Of a stretch of 64,000 nt of DNA, positions 27,838-37,088 are shown piece by piece (the first letter of the stretch is position 1; every line of letters begins with the position of its first letter). The notes below the pieces were generated by a model, which saw nothing but the letters and a program-made list of their open reading frames with translations, searched no databases and was not told where the DNA came from. A program made the position numbers and the translations under genes. The DNA comes from Candidatus Hydrogenedentota bacterium (GTDB lineage Bacteria > Hydrogenedentota > Hydrogenedentia > Hydrogenedentales > SLHB01), in contig BTWA01000026.1 of NCBI GenBank assembly GCA_045863295.1, positions 25,197 to 89,196 on the forward strand. Reading direction: 5' to 3'.

Positions 27838-29103
27838 TCACGGTTCTGATGCAATTTGTTCAATCTTGTAGAGATGGGATGTCGTTCGTAGAAAGAGTGC
27901 AGTACCGGCAACGGCCGGCGAAGCCAGTATCTCACCGTCCAACTCGTTCGTAGCCAACTCCCTGTATTCCCGCCCGGCGGCGAACACGACCGTGGTGCCT
28001 TTCTTGCCTGGCATGTAAATTCGATCTGGAGTTGCCAGCAACGATGCCCAGTAATCCCCTTTCAATTCCTGTGTCCACACTTGATTCCCAGTGGTTGCCT
28101 CGGTGCAGATCACAATTCCCCGCTCGCTTACGGAGTAAATCAGATCACCCACCAATACGGGCGATGACTCGTGCGGAGCCTCCTTGGTCATCTTCCAGAC
28201 GACGTGCGTATCCGTCACATCCCCCTCGGCGCCCTGACGAACGGCCCACAATTCCGTCGCTCCGGGAGAACCGCCGGTGTTGACGAACAATAACCCGTAT
28301 CCATGGAGAATACGTGATATGGTGCTGTCGTCCCTGTAGCGGACTCGCCAAATCTCATGCCCGGTTTTTGGGTCGTGACCCGTCACAAGCAAGGCCCCAT
28401 TGCTGACCATTTGAGTCCTGCCATTGATCTCGACAAAGACAGGAGTTTGATAGGATTTCTTATAAACACCCTGGATTTCATCGGTGTAGAGTTCCGCCGG
28501 GCGGTTGTATATCCAGACAGTGTCACCGGTCTTCTTGTCTAATGCGGCGATGAACTGTTTGTCGGTGCCTTCCAGGGTAACGATGATCAGATCCTCGTAA
28601 ATGACGGGTGACGATGCCGGTCCTTGCATGTGATCACAATTGAGATCCGTACGTCGCCACAAAACTTGCCCCGATTCCGTATCAATGCAGGCGGTTCCAA
28701 AGGTTCCGTAGTGAACGTAGACCCGGCCGGACTCGATTGCCGCGGAGGGTGTGGCATACGAATTCAGAGGATTTATACGCTGAGGCTCGTCCACCTGAAA
28801 AACAGATAGGTCATGGAGGATACTTCCAGACTTCCTGTCCACGGCTATTGCATATAATGCCGTTCCGTCCTTCTTGGCGGTAGTCAGCCAGATTTGCTCG
28901 CCCCATATGACAGGTGTGGAGAATCCCGTATCGTGAATGGGAGTCTTCCATGAAATGTTTTCATTTTCCGACCAGGTCAAAGGTAAAGCATTTGACTGTA
29001 CCGACCCATCTTGCGCTGGCCCTCTCCAATCCGGCCACTCTGCCTGAGACCATGCAGACCCGCCGACCCACAAAACTATAAGCGCTTGAATACATGAACG
29101 CAT
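27838..29103 (-). CDS. PQQ-binding-like (BamB-like) beta-propeller protein
   Basis: WPDWRGP…LPLTWSE.ENISWK, NSYATPS, ALDKKTGDTVW, ASPAV…LFLRT. Confidence 0.88.
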   Translation of the reverse strand: MRSCIQALIVLWVGGSAWSQAEWPDWRGPAQDGSVQSNALPLTWSENENISWKTPIHDTGFSTPVIWGEQIWLTTAKKDGTALYAIAVDRKSGSILHDLSVFQVDEPQRINPLNSYATPSAAIESGRVYVHYGTFGTACIDTESGQVLWRRTDLNCDHMQGPASSPVIYEDLIIVTLEGTDKQFIAALDKKTGDTVWIYNRPAELYTDEIQGVYKKSYQTPVFVEINGRTQMVSNGALLVTGHDPKTGHEIWRVRYRDDSTISRILHGYGLLFVNTGGSPGATELWAVRQGAEGDVTDTHVVWKMTKEAPHESSPVLVGDLIYSVSERGIVICTEATTGNQVWTQELKGDYWASLLATPDRIYMPGKKGTTVVFAAGREYRELATNELDGEILASPAVAGTALFLRTTSHLYKIEQIASEP

Positions 29104-29239
29104 GGTATCTCTTTGTCCCCCATCTTTGGAAATACATTTAGGGTTTCTCTATCTGCAGCGCGTTTGCACAGCGTACAACGACGGATGAGGATCTGCCGTT
29201 AGACGACTCCCTTCGATTTCACGACCAAGTTGCGCGGGT

Positions 29240-32200
29240 TTATTTCGAATCGTTAAGAATCTGCCGCACTTCCCGCAGGAGATCCGAACGCCGATACGGC
29301 TTGGAAACGAGTTTCAGTCCTTTCTCAATGACAAAGTTCGTGTGAATTCCGTCGTGGCTGTATCCGCTGCTAAACAGAAATCGAATGCGTGGGAATTTTG
29401 ACTGAATACGATCCATCACTTCTCGCCCGTTGTATTTGGGCATCATTACATCCAACAGCGCTAAGTCGATGGAATCGCCGTGCTGTTCGCACATCTGCAG
29501 CGCGGTCTCGCCATCAGACGCCGCAAAGACCCGATAACCGCCACTTTCCAACATCCGCACCGCCAATTCGCGGACCATTTCTTCGTCTTCGGCCACGAGG
29601 ATGGTCTCCGAACCCCCTTCGACAATCTCTTCTCGCGGTTGAACATCCGACTCCACCGGACTTTCGACTGCAGGAAGATAAACTCTGAAAACGGTTCCCA
29701 TGCCGGGTTCGCTATACACATGGATCAATCCATTGTGTTGCTTTACGATGCCATAAACAGTGGCCAGTCCGAGTCCCGTGCCCTGGCCCACGTCTTTCGT
29801 TGTGAAAAAGGGCTCGAAGATCTGTGTACTCGTTGCTTTGTCCATTCCATGACCCGTATCGGAAACGCTAAGGCAGACGTAACGGCCTTCCACCGCCCAG
29901 GGATGTTCGGCGCAATACTGCTTGTCAATGACGATGTCTTGCGTGTCAAGCATCAGGGTCCCGCCGTCCGGCATCGCATCACGGGCGTTCACGCACAAAT
30001 TCATTAGTATTTGTTCCAGTTGCCCTTTGTCTCCGTACACCGTTCCCAGTTTTCTGCCCGGCATGAATCGCAGTTCGATATGCTCGCCAATAACCCGGCG
30101 AATCATGCGAATGACTCCATCGATGAGCACATTCATATCCAGGTTGACCGGCTTGATGATCTGCCGCCGGCTGAATGACAAAAGTTGTTGGGTTAATTCT
30201 GCGGCGCGAACCGCCGCCTTGTGAACTTCTCGGAGCGCTCCCTTGTCTGACTCGCCAAGGCCGCTGCCTTCCAGCAATAGTCCCGTATAACCCAAAATCA
30301 CTTGCAACAAATTGTTGAAATCGTGGGCTACTCCGCCGGCAAGTTGTCCAATCGCCTCCATTTTCTGCGATTGCCGGTATTGCTCCTCCAACTTGAGTTC
30401 GCCTGTAATATCGCGCTTAACCGCAACATAGTTGACAATATTGCCCGCCATATCCTGGACGGGCGTAATTACTGCATCCTCTGTATAAAGTGAACCGTCC
30501 TTCTTCTTGTTTACGATGCGTCCAATCCAAGGCTCGCCACGTAAAAGCACCTCCCACAAACCTTGATAGAATGAAAGGGGATGCTCGCCGCTCTTCAATA
30601 TCCTCGGATTCTGGCCCAGCGCTTCAATCCGGGTGTAGCCGGTTACACGCTCGAAGGCGGCATTGACATACTGAATCGTTCCGTGGATATCAGTAATAAC
30701 GACGATTTCGCTGGTTTGCTCGATGGCCGTGATGAGGTGCTGCCGTTCTTCCTCCGCGCGCTTCCTCTCAGTAATGTCGCGAATGGCCGTACTCCAGCAT
30801 TCCCGCCCGCCCAACGTGATTGCTGTCCCACGGACCTCTACATCGATAACGCTGCCGTCCTTTCGGATCATTCGATATTCGTAGGGTCGTTCAAATGCGT
30901 CGCGGATGCGGGAATTCACAAGCTCCCAATCATCCGCTTCAACAAAAACACTTAGTTCATTTCCAACAAGCTCTTCCCGGCTATATCCAAGAATCTTGAG
31001 CAACGCGGTATTCACTTCGACAATCCGGCCGCCATCGGTGACTGCAATCCCTTCAAACGAGGCTTCCATAAGGGCTCTGGACCGCTTTTCGCTATCCAAT
31101 AAAGCGGCCTCGGATCGCTTTCGCTGCGTAATGTCCTGCAACAAACCAATCGAACCCTCGGATTGGCCATTCGAGCCGATAAGTTCAACCGCGGCGTCTG
31201 AAAACCAAATAATCTGCCCGGTGCGCGTCCGCACCGAGAAGTCCGACACCCACACTTTCGACTCTCCACCCCGGTACTTGGCGATTACTTTGTCAGGATT
31301 CGAAACCTCGCCCTCCCCGATAACGAAATCCTCGACCGTAATGCTCGTCAACATGGACGGTGTAATTTCCTCCATGGGATACCCAATGAGATCGGCAATA
31401 CGCGCGTCGAGAAAAGAATACTTCTCCACAGGATAATACGTATGCACGTATGGAATGGCTCCGGCGGCGGTGATGGCGCTCCGGTAGATCCCTTCTATTC
31501 GCTGAATCTCCTTTTCTTGGACGACTCGGTCCGTAATGTCCAGGATAATTCCCGTGGAACTGTCGGCAAGTCCGTCCGAACCAATAAATTCGACCGATAT
31601 TTCCGAAATCCAGCGGATATCGCCCGATTTCGTCTTGACGGCCATGTCGCACTGCCAGTAGTCAAACTCGCCCCGACGGGCCCGTTGAATCGCGTCTTCC
31701 AAGGCCATGCCCGTGCCGGGGCCACGAAGGATGTACTCCAATACGATCGTATCGAGTAACTGGGGCGTAAACTCTTCGGGCGTGTAACCGGTAATGCGCG
31801 TGATTTGGTTTCCCATGAAGGTGTACGCACTCGGATCGTATACCTGGACATACGGTGCGGCGCCCGCCGCATCAATCGCAATCTGATATGCTTTTGCTAC
31901 ACGCAATTCAGTGCTCTTGTGGAAGCGAAGCTCGTCGATCATGAAGAGGTGAGCAATGAGTCCGGCCAATTCGCGGCATTGCGAGACTGTCGTGTCATCC
32001 CATGCACGAGGCGCAACACGGGTTTCCAGGCTCAATGCACCCGCAAGGCGGCTGCCAAGGAAAACGGGGATATGCAACTCCAGAGTCGGCCCTGAAGAAA
32101 CGGGCGAACTGGATTGAATGCCGTTTCCGCTCTCGCCGGGGTGAACGGAAACCGTATGCAACCTGACCACACGTTCAACAACAGACGGCGACAATTGAAA

Positions 32201-32425
32201 GTGCGGAGCCCCAGCGTTGTCATGCCCTTGTTCAAAGCAATCAACAACCGTCGCACGGTCGGAATCGCCTTCCGGCAACCGCCACACATAGACGCGATCC
32301 ACGCAAAACAAGTCCGCGCTATGCCGCGTAAGAAACCGGACGGAGTCCATCAGCTCGCCGCTCAAAAACGCCGGCTGTGTCACAAAATTGTAGAGAAACT
32401 CGCGAAATCTACTTATGTCGCTCAT
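29240..32425 (-). CDS. Hybrid sensor histidine kinase (GAF + multiple PAS/PAC + HisKA + HATPase + REC)
   Basis: Repeated DIT.RK PAC ends; QKMEAIGQLAGGVAHDFNNLL; NARDAM; FEPFFTTK…GTGLGL; REC with VAEDE, LLDVMMP, SKPY. Confidence 0.95.
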   Translation of the reverse strand: MSDISRFREFLYNFVTQPAFLSGELMDSVRFLTRHSADLFCVDRVYVWRLPEGDSDRATVVDCFEQGHDNAGAPHFQLSPSVVERVVRLHTVSVHPGESGNGIQSSSPVSSGPTLELHIPVFLGSRLAGALSLETRVAPRAWDDTTVSQCRELAGLIAHLFMIDELRFHKSTELRVAKAYQIAIDAAGAAPYVQVYDPSAYTFMGNQITRITGYTPEEFTPQLLDTIVLEYILRGPGTGMALEDAIQRARRGEFDYWQCDMAVKTKSGDIRWISEISVEFIGSDGLADSSTGIILDITDRVVQEKEIQRIEGIYRSAITAAGAIPYVHTYYPVEKYSFLDARIADLIGYPMEEITPSMLTSITVEDFVIGEGEVSNPDKVIAKYRGGESKVWVSDFSVRTRTGQIIWFSDAAVELIGSNGQSEGSIGLLQDITQRKRSEAALLDSEKRSRALMEASFEGIAVTDGGRIVEVNTALLKILGYSREELVGNELSVFVEADDWELVNSRIRDAFERPYEYRMIRKDGSVIDVEVRGTAITLGGRECWSTAIRDITERKRAEEERQHLITAIEQTSEIVVITDIHGTIQYVNAAFERVTGYTRIEALGQNPRILKSGEHPLSFYQGLWEVLLRGEPWIGRIVNKKKDGSLYTEDAVITPVQDMAGNIVNYVAVKRDITGELKLEEQYRQSQKMEAIGQLAGGVAHDFNNLLQVILGYTGLLLEGSGLGESDKGALREVHKAAVRAAELTQQLLSFSRRQIIKPVNLDMNVLIDGVIRMIRRVIGEHIELRFMPGRKLGTVYGDKGQLEQILMNLCVNARDAMPDGGTLMLDTQDIVIDKQYCAEHPWAVEGRYVCLSVSDTGHGMDKATSTQIFEPFFTTKDVGQGTGLGLATVYGIVKQHNGLIHVYSEPGMGTVFRVYLPAVESPVESDVQPREEIVEGGSETILVAEDEEMVRELAVRMLESGGYRVFAASDGETALQMCEQHGDSIDLALLDVMMPKYNGREVMDRIQSKFPRIRFLFSSGYSHDGIHTNFVIEKGLKLVSKPYRRSDLLREVRQILNDSK

Positions 32426-32750
32426 ATCGGCTCATATCTTGCCCAATTCAGCATTCCCCATGTGTGCTGTGCCGTCGAGCAAAATCAGTACTGGACGCAC
32501 GCTAGGCCGCCTAACGGCCTGCGGCTGTATAAGTATACGCTTGACGGGACGCCTAGCGCCATAGTCCACCGGGTAATAGCGCATCGACCTCGACAATGAG
32601 AAAGGCTTCGTATACGTGAACAGGTTTGATTTAGGATATGGGTCATGGTCGACTGACCGGTAATGTGTATCCCATTAGATCGCGCCAACCTGTCTGAGGC
32701 ACCTTCCAAATGAAATCAGAGTCAGCCGTCCTGAACAGGAGGATCACGAA

Positions 32751-33509
32751 TTGACCGACAACGCGGAACCCAACTTGCTTTCTGAATCTTCACTGGCCCG
32801 TGAAGGGAAAATTATTCGTCTGATGGATTTCTTCGACCGTGCCTATATCATTAATCTACCGGAACGGGTCGATAGACGCCGCGAAATGGATGCGGAATTG
32901 AAAAAGGTTGGAATGCTCGGGCAAAGCGCGAAGCTACAGTATTTTCCCGCAGTACGCCCGGACGACGCCGGAGGGTTTCCTTCCCGCTCCGTTCGGGGCT
33001 GCTTCATGAGCCACTTGTCTGCGCTGAAGAAAGCGTACACAGAAGGCCTTTCCAATCTCCTTATTATGGAAGATGACTTGTCATTTGAACCCGCTTTTGT
33101 GGCAACAGAAACTGCCATTGTCGAAATGCTTTCGCAACACGACTGGGGATTTGCCTACTTCGGGCACGGCTTGGCCATCCCCCCTGGAACCAAGCCCATG
33201 GAGCCATATCACGGACCCATCGTACTTGCGCACTTCTATGCGGTAAATGGCCCTTGCCTGGGTAACCTCGTCGCCTTTCTCGAACAGCTGCTGACCCGAT
33301 CACCCGGCGACCCAGAAGGCGGCCCCATGCACGTGGACGGAGCATTCAGTACGTTTCGTGAACGCAATCCCGACATAGTCACCCTCGTCGCAAACCCCAG
33401 TATGGGAGGCCAACGCAGTTCCCGAAGTGATATTCATCCCTCGTGGTTTGACCGGATTCCCATCCTCCGTTCGATGGCAGGGCTGGCTCGCTCGCGCCTT
33501 AGACGCTGA
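32751..33509 (+). CDS. Glycosyltransferase family 25
   Basis: YIINLPERVDRR, GCFMSHL, LIMEDD; SD AGGAGGA before the TTG start. Confidence 0.85.
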   Translation: MTDNAEPNLLSESSLAREGKIIRLMDFFDRAYIINLPERVDRRREMDAELKKVGMLGQSAKLQYFPAVRPDDAGGFPSRSVRGCFMSHLSALKKAYTEGLSNLLIMEDDLSFEPAFVATETAIVEMLSQHDWGFAYFGHGLAIPPGTKPMEPYHGPIVLAHFYAVNGPCLGNLVAFLEQLLTRSPGDPEGGPMHVDGAFSTFRERNPDIVTLVANPSMGGQRSSRSDIHPSWFDRIPILRSMAGLARSRLRR

Positions 33510-33537
33510 ATGCCAAATCCGCAGTAGTCAATCCGCC

Positions 33538-34719
33538 TCAACCATTGGGAGGCAGATTCACCCGAACAAACCGTGCTTGGCGCCGGTTGTAGTCGTAGCT
33601 GAATACAAGTTGACCATCCACAACAAGAGGACAGGGATAGGCGAGCGAACCCCCTGTGATCACGTCAGCCTTCACGGACCAGGTAGCCATCTCGTCGCTG
33701 CTCAGCCAGATGGAGAGCGGATCCCGGACTGCCCGTTTCCCTACTTCGCCCCCGGAATTATTATGTATCAGGGCAATACGGCCGTCAGGCAGACGAATGA
33801 GGGCCGCAAGACTGGTCGGATTGGGTATGTCGGTTTGCCAGGCATCGGTCCAGGTGCGTCCGTTGTCAAAGCTGTCTGAACGCCATAAAAAACCGCCGTA
33901 CTCAGCTCTCATCAGCATGACGATACTGCCGTCTTTCCGTTGCACCAACGTGTTTTCCAACAAACCCAGTGGACGGTTCCGGATCCCACGGTGTTCTACC
34001 AATCCAAACAGGTCAGGGTCGCCGGTGGAAAGCACGGAACACCCATGCAGATGCGTCAGAAACTTGTTCGCATGATTTCGAGAATCGGGGTCGTCCGGCA
34101 ATGAAACTGCCTCCGCTTCGCTCCGCGCATGGGCCGCAGGCTCTATTGCACAACGCAATGGTCGCGACCGCTTCTCAAAAAACGATATCGGAAAGAGATA
34201 CTCCCCACTATGCAATTGGATGGGTCGCTGAATCATGACGTTTTCCGTATCTCGCACTTGAAACGGCTCTCGAGGCGACCAAGTGAACCCATTGTCGCTG
34301 GATTCCATTCGAAAATAGTGCCACACGGTATACTGCAACTCAGACGGCCACTCGGCCCCGAAGGCAATTATCTTGCCTCCTCGCCCTACATGTATTGTGG
34401 AGAGTGCCGCGGCATGCTTGCCTGATTCGATCAGAATATAGGGCTCACTCCACGTCACTCCATTGTCCGTGGAGCGCGACGCGAGGACGTTGTTGTCGGT
34501 CGCGGGCTCGCTGTCGCTTCCAGATAGCCACCAACATATCAAATCGCCATTCGGCACCTGGACAATGTTCGCACCACAGGCAAGCCGGTACACTGTACCG
34601 TCATGTTCCCACCCCAGATTGCCGTCAAATACGACTGTCTCGTGAACGGTTATCACGCCGGATGCGGAACCCGGCTGGGCAAGATGGACGAGTACCATGA
34701 ATGTAAGTACCATGCGCAT
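33538..34719 (-). CDS. BNR/Asp-box sialidase-like protein
   Basis: Asp boxes STDNGVTWS, SSDNGFTWS, SFDNGRTWT, SSDEMATWS; AYP motif. Confidence 0.85.
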   Translation of the reverse strand: MRMVLTFMVLVHLAQPGSASGVITVHETVVFDGNLGWEHDGTVYRLACGANIVQVPNGDLICWWLSGSDSEPATDNNVLASRSTDNGVTWSEPYILIESGKHAAALSTIHVGRGGKIIAFGAEWPSELQYTVWHYFRMESSDNGFTWSPREPFQVRDTENVMIQRPIQLHSGEYLFPISFFEKRSRPLRCAIEPAAHARSEAEAVSLPDDPDSRNHANKFLTHLHGCSVLSTGDPDLFGLVEHRGIRNRPLGLLENTLVQRKDGSIVMLMRAEYGGFLWRSDSFDNGRTWTDAWQTDIPNPTSLAALIRLPDGRIALIHNNSGGEVGKRAVRDPLSIWLSSDEMATWSVKADVITGGSLAYPCPLVVDGQLVFSYDYNRRQARFVRVNLPPNG

Positions 34720-34728
34720 CCCTCTTCA

Positions 34729-36915
34729 CTACTCGGAAATAAACCCGTGCGCGCGGCCCAGGTAATAGGCCAGAAGATAGTGATAACCCTCTCGAAGACG
34801 AGTGCCTGTACCTGAATTGGACAAAACCCAGGGATCGCGATCCCAGTAAATTTCGTGGCGCTCGTCGATCTGATAGACCCGGCCATCATTCCGGTGTCCC
34901 GTACCCGGTTTCTGATCCAAATGATCGCCAAGGGGAACCATGTCTATCCGATGCGCATTGGACATCGGCCAGTCGACAAGATCCCATGGATACCGTCTCA
35001 GTGTCTCGATGGCATCATCAAAGCACAACCGAGGAGGAGTCAAATCAGTCTCGCCCCACTGATCACGGCGAACCTTGCCGAAACAACAGGCGGCGTATAT
35101 GAAATTCTCGAATGCATTGCGCTCATACTTCTCGATGTGCCAATGCCGGTTGATGGCACGGTAATACATGCTAAGCAATTTGGGTTCCGTCTCGTACCGG
35201 ATGAGGTGATAGTAATTGACGAATGCCATGTTGTCATCGGGCTGCCCAAACGTCCCGGGCCCCGCGATATCCTTGGGTTGGGTCATCCCATTCATTCCAT
35301 ACCCGTGTTCAATGGCCAGCCTCAAGTATTCTTCCCGGTACTTTGAATCACCGAGTATATGATGCGCGATGGAAAGGTACGTGAGTATGCTGTATGAATT
35401 CAGGCCCCTCTCGTAACACCATGCCTCGTTCTGATTCAAATCCTCCGGAGAAAAATGCCCCCACCGGGTCGGAAGTCCGTCAAAGTCGACCATGTTGTAG
35501 CCGTGATCGATTACATGATCGATAATCCGGCGCACAACGTCGCGCACAACTCGTTTCTCGTCTTCCGTTTCGCACACCCGATCATAATAAATCGCATATC
35601 CGAAAAAATGACCGTCCAGTTCATCGGAACTGGAATCATTCTTCCAATACCACTGACCGGACTCGTCCACCGGCCATCGCGGCTGGATAATCTGCCAAAG
35701 TGAATCGGCGGCCTTCCGCTTTTGATCGTACGCCAGATCGAATTGAGGGTTGGGGTCGGGCTCGGAAGTGGGTCGAACCGCCCTCGCCACAAATCCCTTG
35801 GGCGCTGGATGGGTGCCTCCTTGGGTTACCTCACTCAAAAATGCCAGGGCGCGGAAAGCATTGGCCGCCTTGGTCTTCATCTCCGGATCGCGAGTTACCG
35901 AATACCCCAGACTTACCGCGCCGAGGTAGAGGCCCGTATTGTGGCCATCGTTATCGGTGAATTCGGCTTTTGCCGTGCTCTTGTCGCCTGGAGACGATAG
36001 AATCGCAGGGTTTACGTATCCAAAAGTCGTGCGTCGGTGGTACTTCTCTATCTCCGCCTCAAAAAATGCCGCCTTTTCCTGAAGTGTCGTTGCTTGACTG
36101 GCAATACACGACACGCCTGACGGAGTCGCCAGCCACGCGTTCTCCTCATCGTCAACAGCAATATCGTGCACATGGTTGTCCACCAACCACCGCCGGCCCT
36201 GGCGAAAACTCCACTCGCCACTCCTGTACCGTATGGCTCCGTTCGTTGTGCCAAACCACACGCTATCACGACCGGATGCCATGCATGTGAAATCGTTGAA
36301 TGGAAGTCCCTCGGTCGCAGTAAAGAGCGTCCAGGCTCCGGAGAGATCGCGACGTCCTACCCCCTGGGGCGAAGCGAACCACAACGCGCCTTCCGGCTCA
36401 TAGGCCACTGCGCGAACATCCACAGGAGCCCAGCGAACGGATCCTTCACGCGGCAACGCCAAATTCCAACGCCGCCGCTGCCACAGATAAAGGCCGTGAC
36501 TGGTCGCCACGGCAATTTCGCCCGCAAATGTCGCGGCTTCCCGAATCTCGACTGGTACTCCGGCAACCTTGGTCAGTTTCTCTGTTTGGGCACTGCTCAA
36601 TACCAGCCTATTGGGTGACACCCGATTTTCATGCCCTGGAACGGCTACCCACCGGTCATGTTTGAAGTTCGCGATACCACCTTCCGTGCCCGCCAGCATA
36701 CCCATCGATGGATCCCATTGGATCCACTGCACGTTGTTCGCGGGCAGGCCGTGTTCGGAGGTATATGCGCGATGAACGTCTTGTTCAAACCGCTCCACGG
36801 ATATCGGAAGATAATGAGCGGTGTCTTGCCCCAGGCAGACGGTTTGCATGGCAAAATTCATCAACGTCACCAATACTGCGAGTCGCATATTCACCCCCTG
36901 AAAAAGTAGTCTCAC
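34729..36915 (-). CDS. Exported protein: N-terminal regulator-type propeller repeats + putative (alpha/alpha) barrel glycan-active domain
   Basis: GLPANNV, GLPFND, VWFGTTNG, WLATPSGVS repeats; DNDG and WKNDSSSDELDGH motifs; start may be ATG about 36888. Confidence 0.7.
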   Translation of the reverse strand: MRLLFQGVNMRLAVLVTLMNFAMQTVCLGQDTAHYLPISVERFEQDVHRAYTSEHGLPANNVQWIQWDPSMGMLAGTEGGIANFKHDRWVAVPGHENRVSPNRLVLSSAQTEKLTKVAGVPVEIREAATFAGEIAVATSHGLYLWQRRRWNLALPREGSVRWAPVDVRAVAYEPEGALWFASPQGVGRRDLSGAWTLFTATEGLPFNDFTCMASGRDSVWFGTTNGAIRYRSGEWSFRQGRRWLVDNHVHDIAVDDEENAWLATPSGVSCIASQATTLQEKAAFFEAEIEKYHRRTTFGYVNPAILSSPGDKSTAKAEFTDNDGHNTGLYLGAVSLGYSVTRDPEMKTKAANAFRALAFLSEVTQGGTHPAPKGFVARAVRPTSEPDPNPQFDLAYDQKRKAADSLWQIIQPRWPVDESGQWYWKNDSSSDELDGHFFGYAIYYDRVCETEDEKRVVRDVVRRIIDHVIDHGYNMVDFDGLPTRWGHFSPEDLNQNEAWCYERGLNSYSILTYLSIAHHILGDSKYREEYLRLAIEHGYGMNGMTQPKDIAGPGTFGQPDDNMAFVNYYHLIRYETEPKLLSMYYRAINRHWHIEKYERNAFENFIYAACCFGKVRRDQWGETDLTPPRLCFDDAIETLRRYPWDLVDWPMSNAHRIDMVPLGDHLDQKPGTGHRNDGRVYQIDERHEIYWDRDPWVLSNSGTGTRLREGYHYLLAYYLGRAHGFISE

Positions 36916-37088
36916 TTGAATTTGCCGGGCCGCGTTCCAGGCGAGAAATCACGACACAGTGTATCAGATCAATGGCAATCACCTCCTCCAAGCGCGCTCG
37001 ATCCACGTATTCCAATGAAACACATTCCATCGAAGTGGTATCATCCGGAGCCGAATCTCCGGCAACAGCACTGAGGGAAGTTCGTCTC

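Noticed and set aside
36708..37088. N-terminal extension of the 1075-aa ORF
   Set aside because: Overlaps the divergent gene; a signal-like start at 37089 is more plausible
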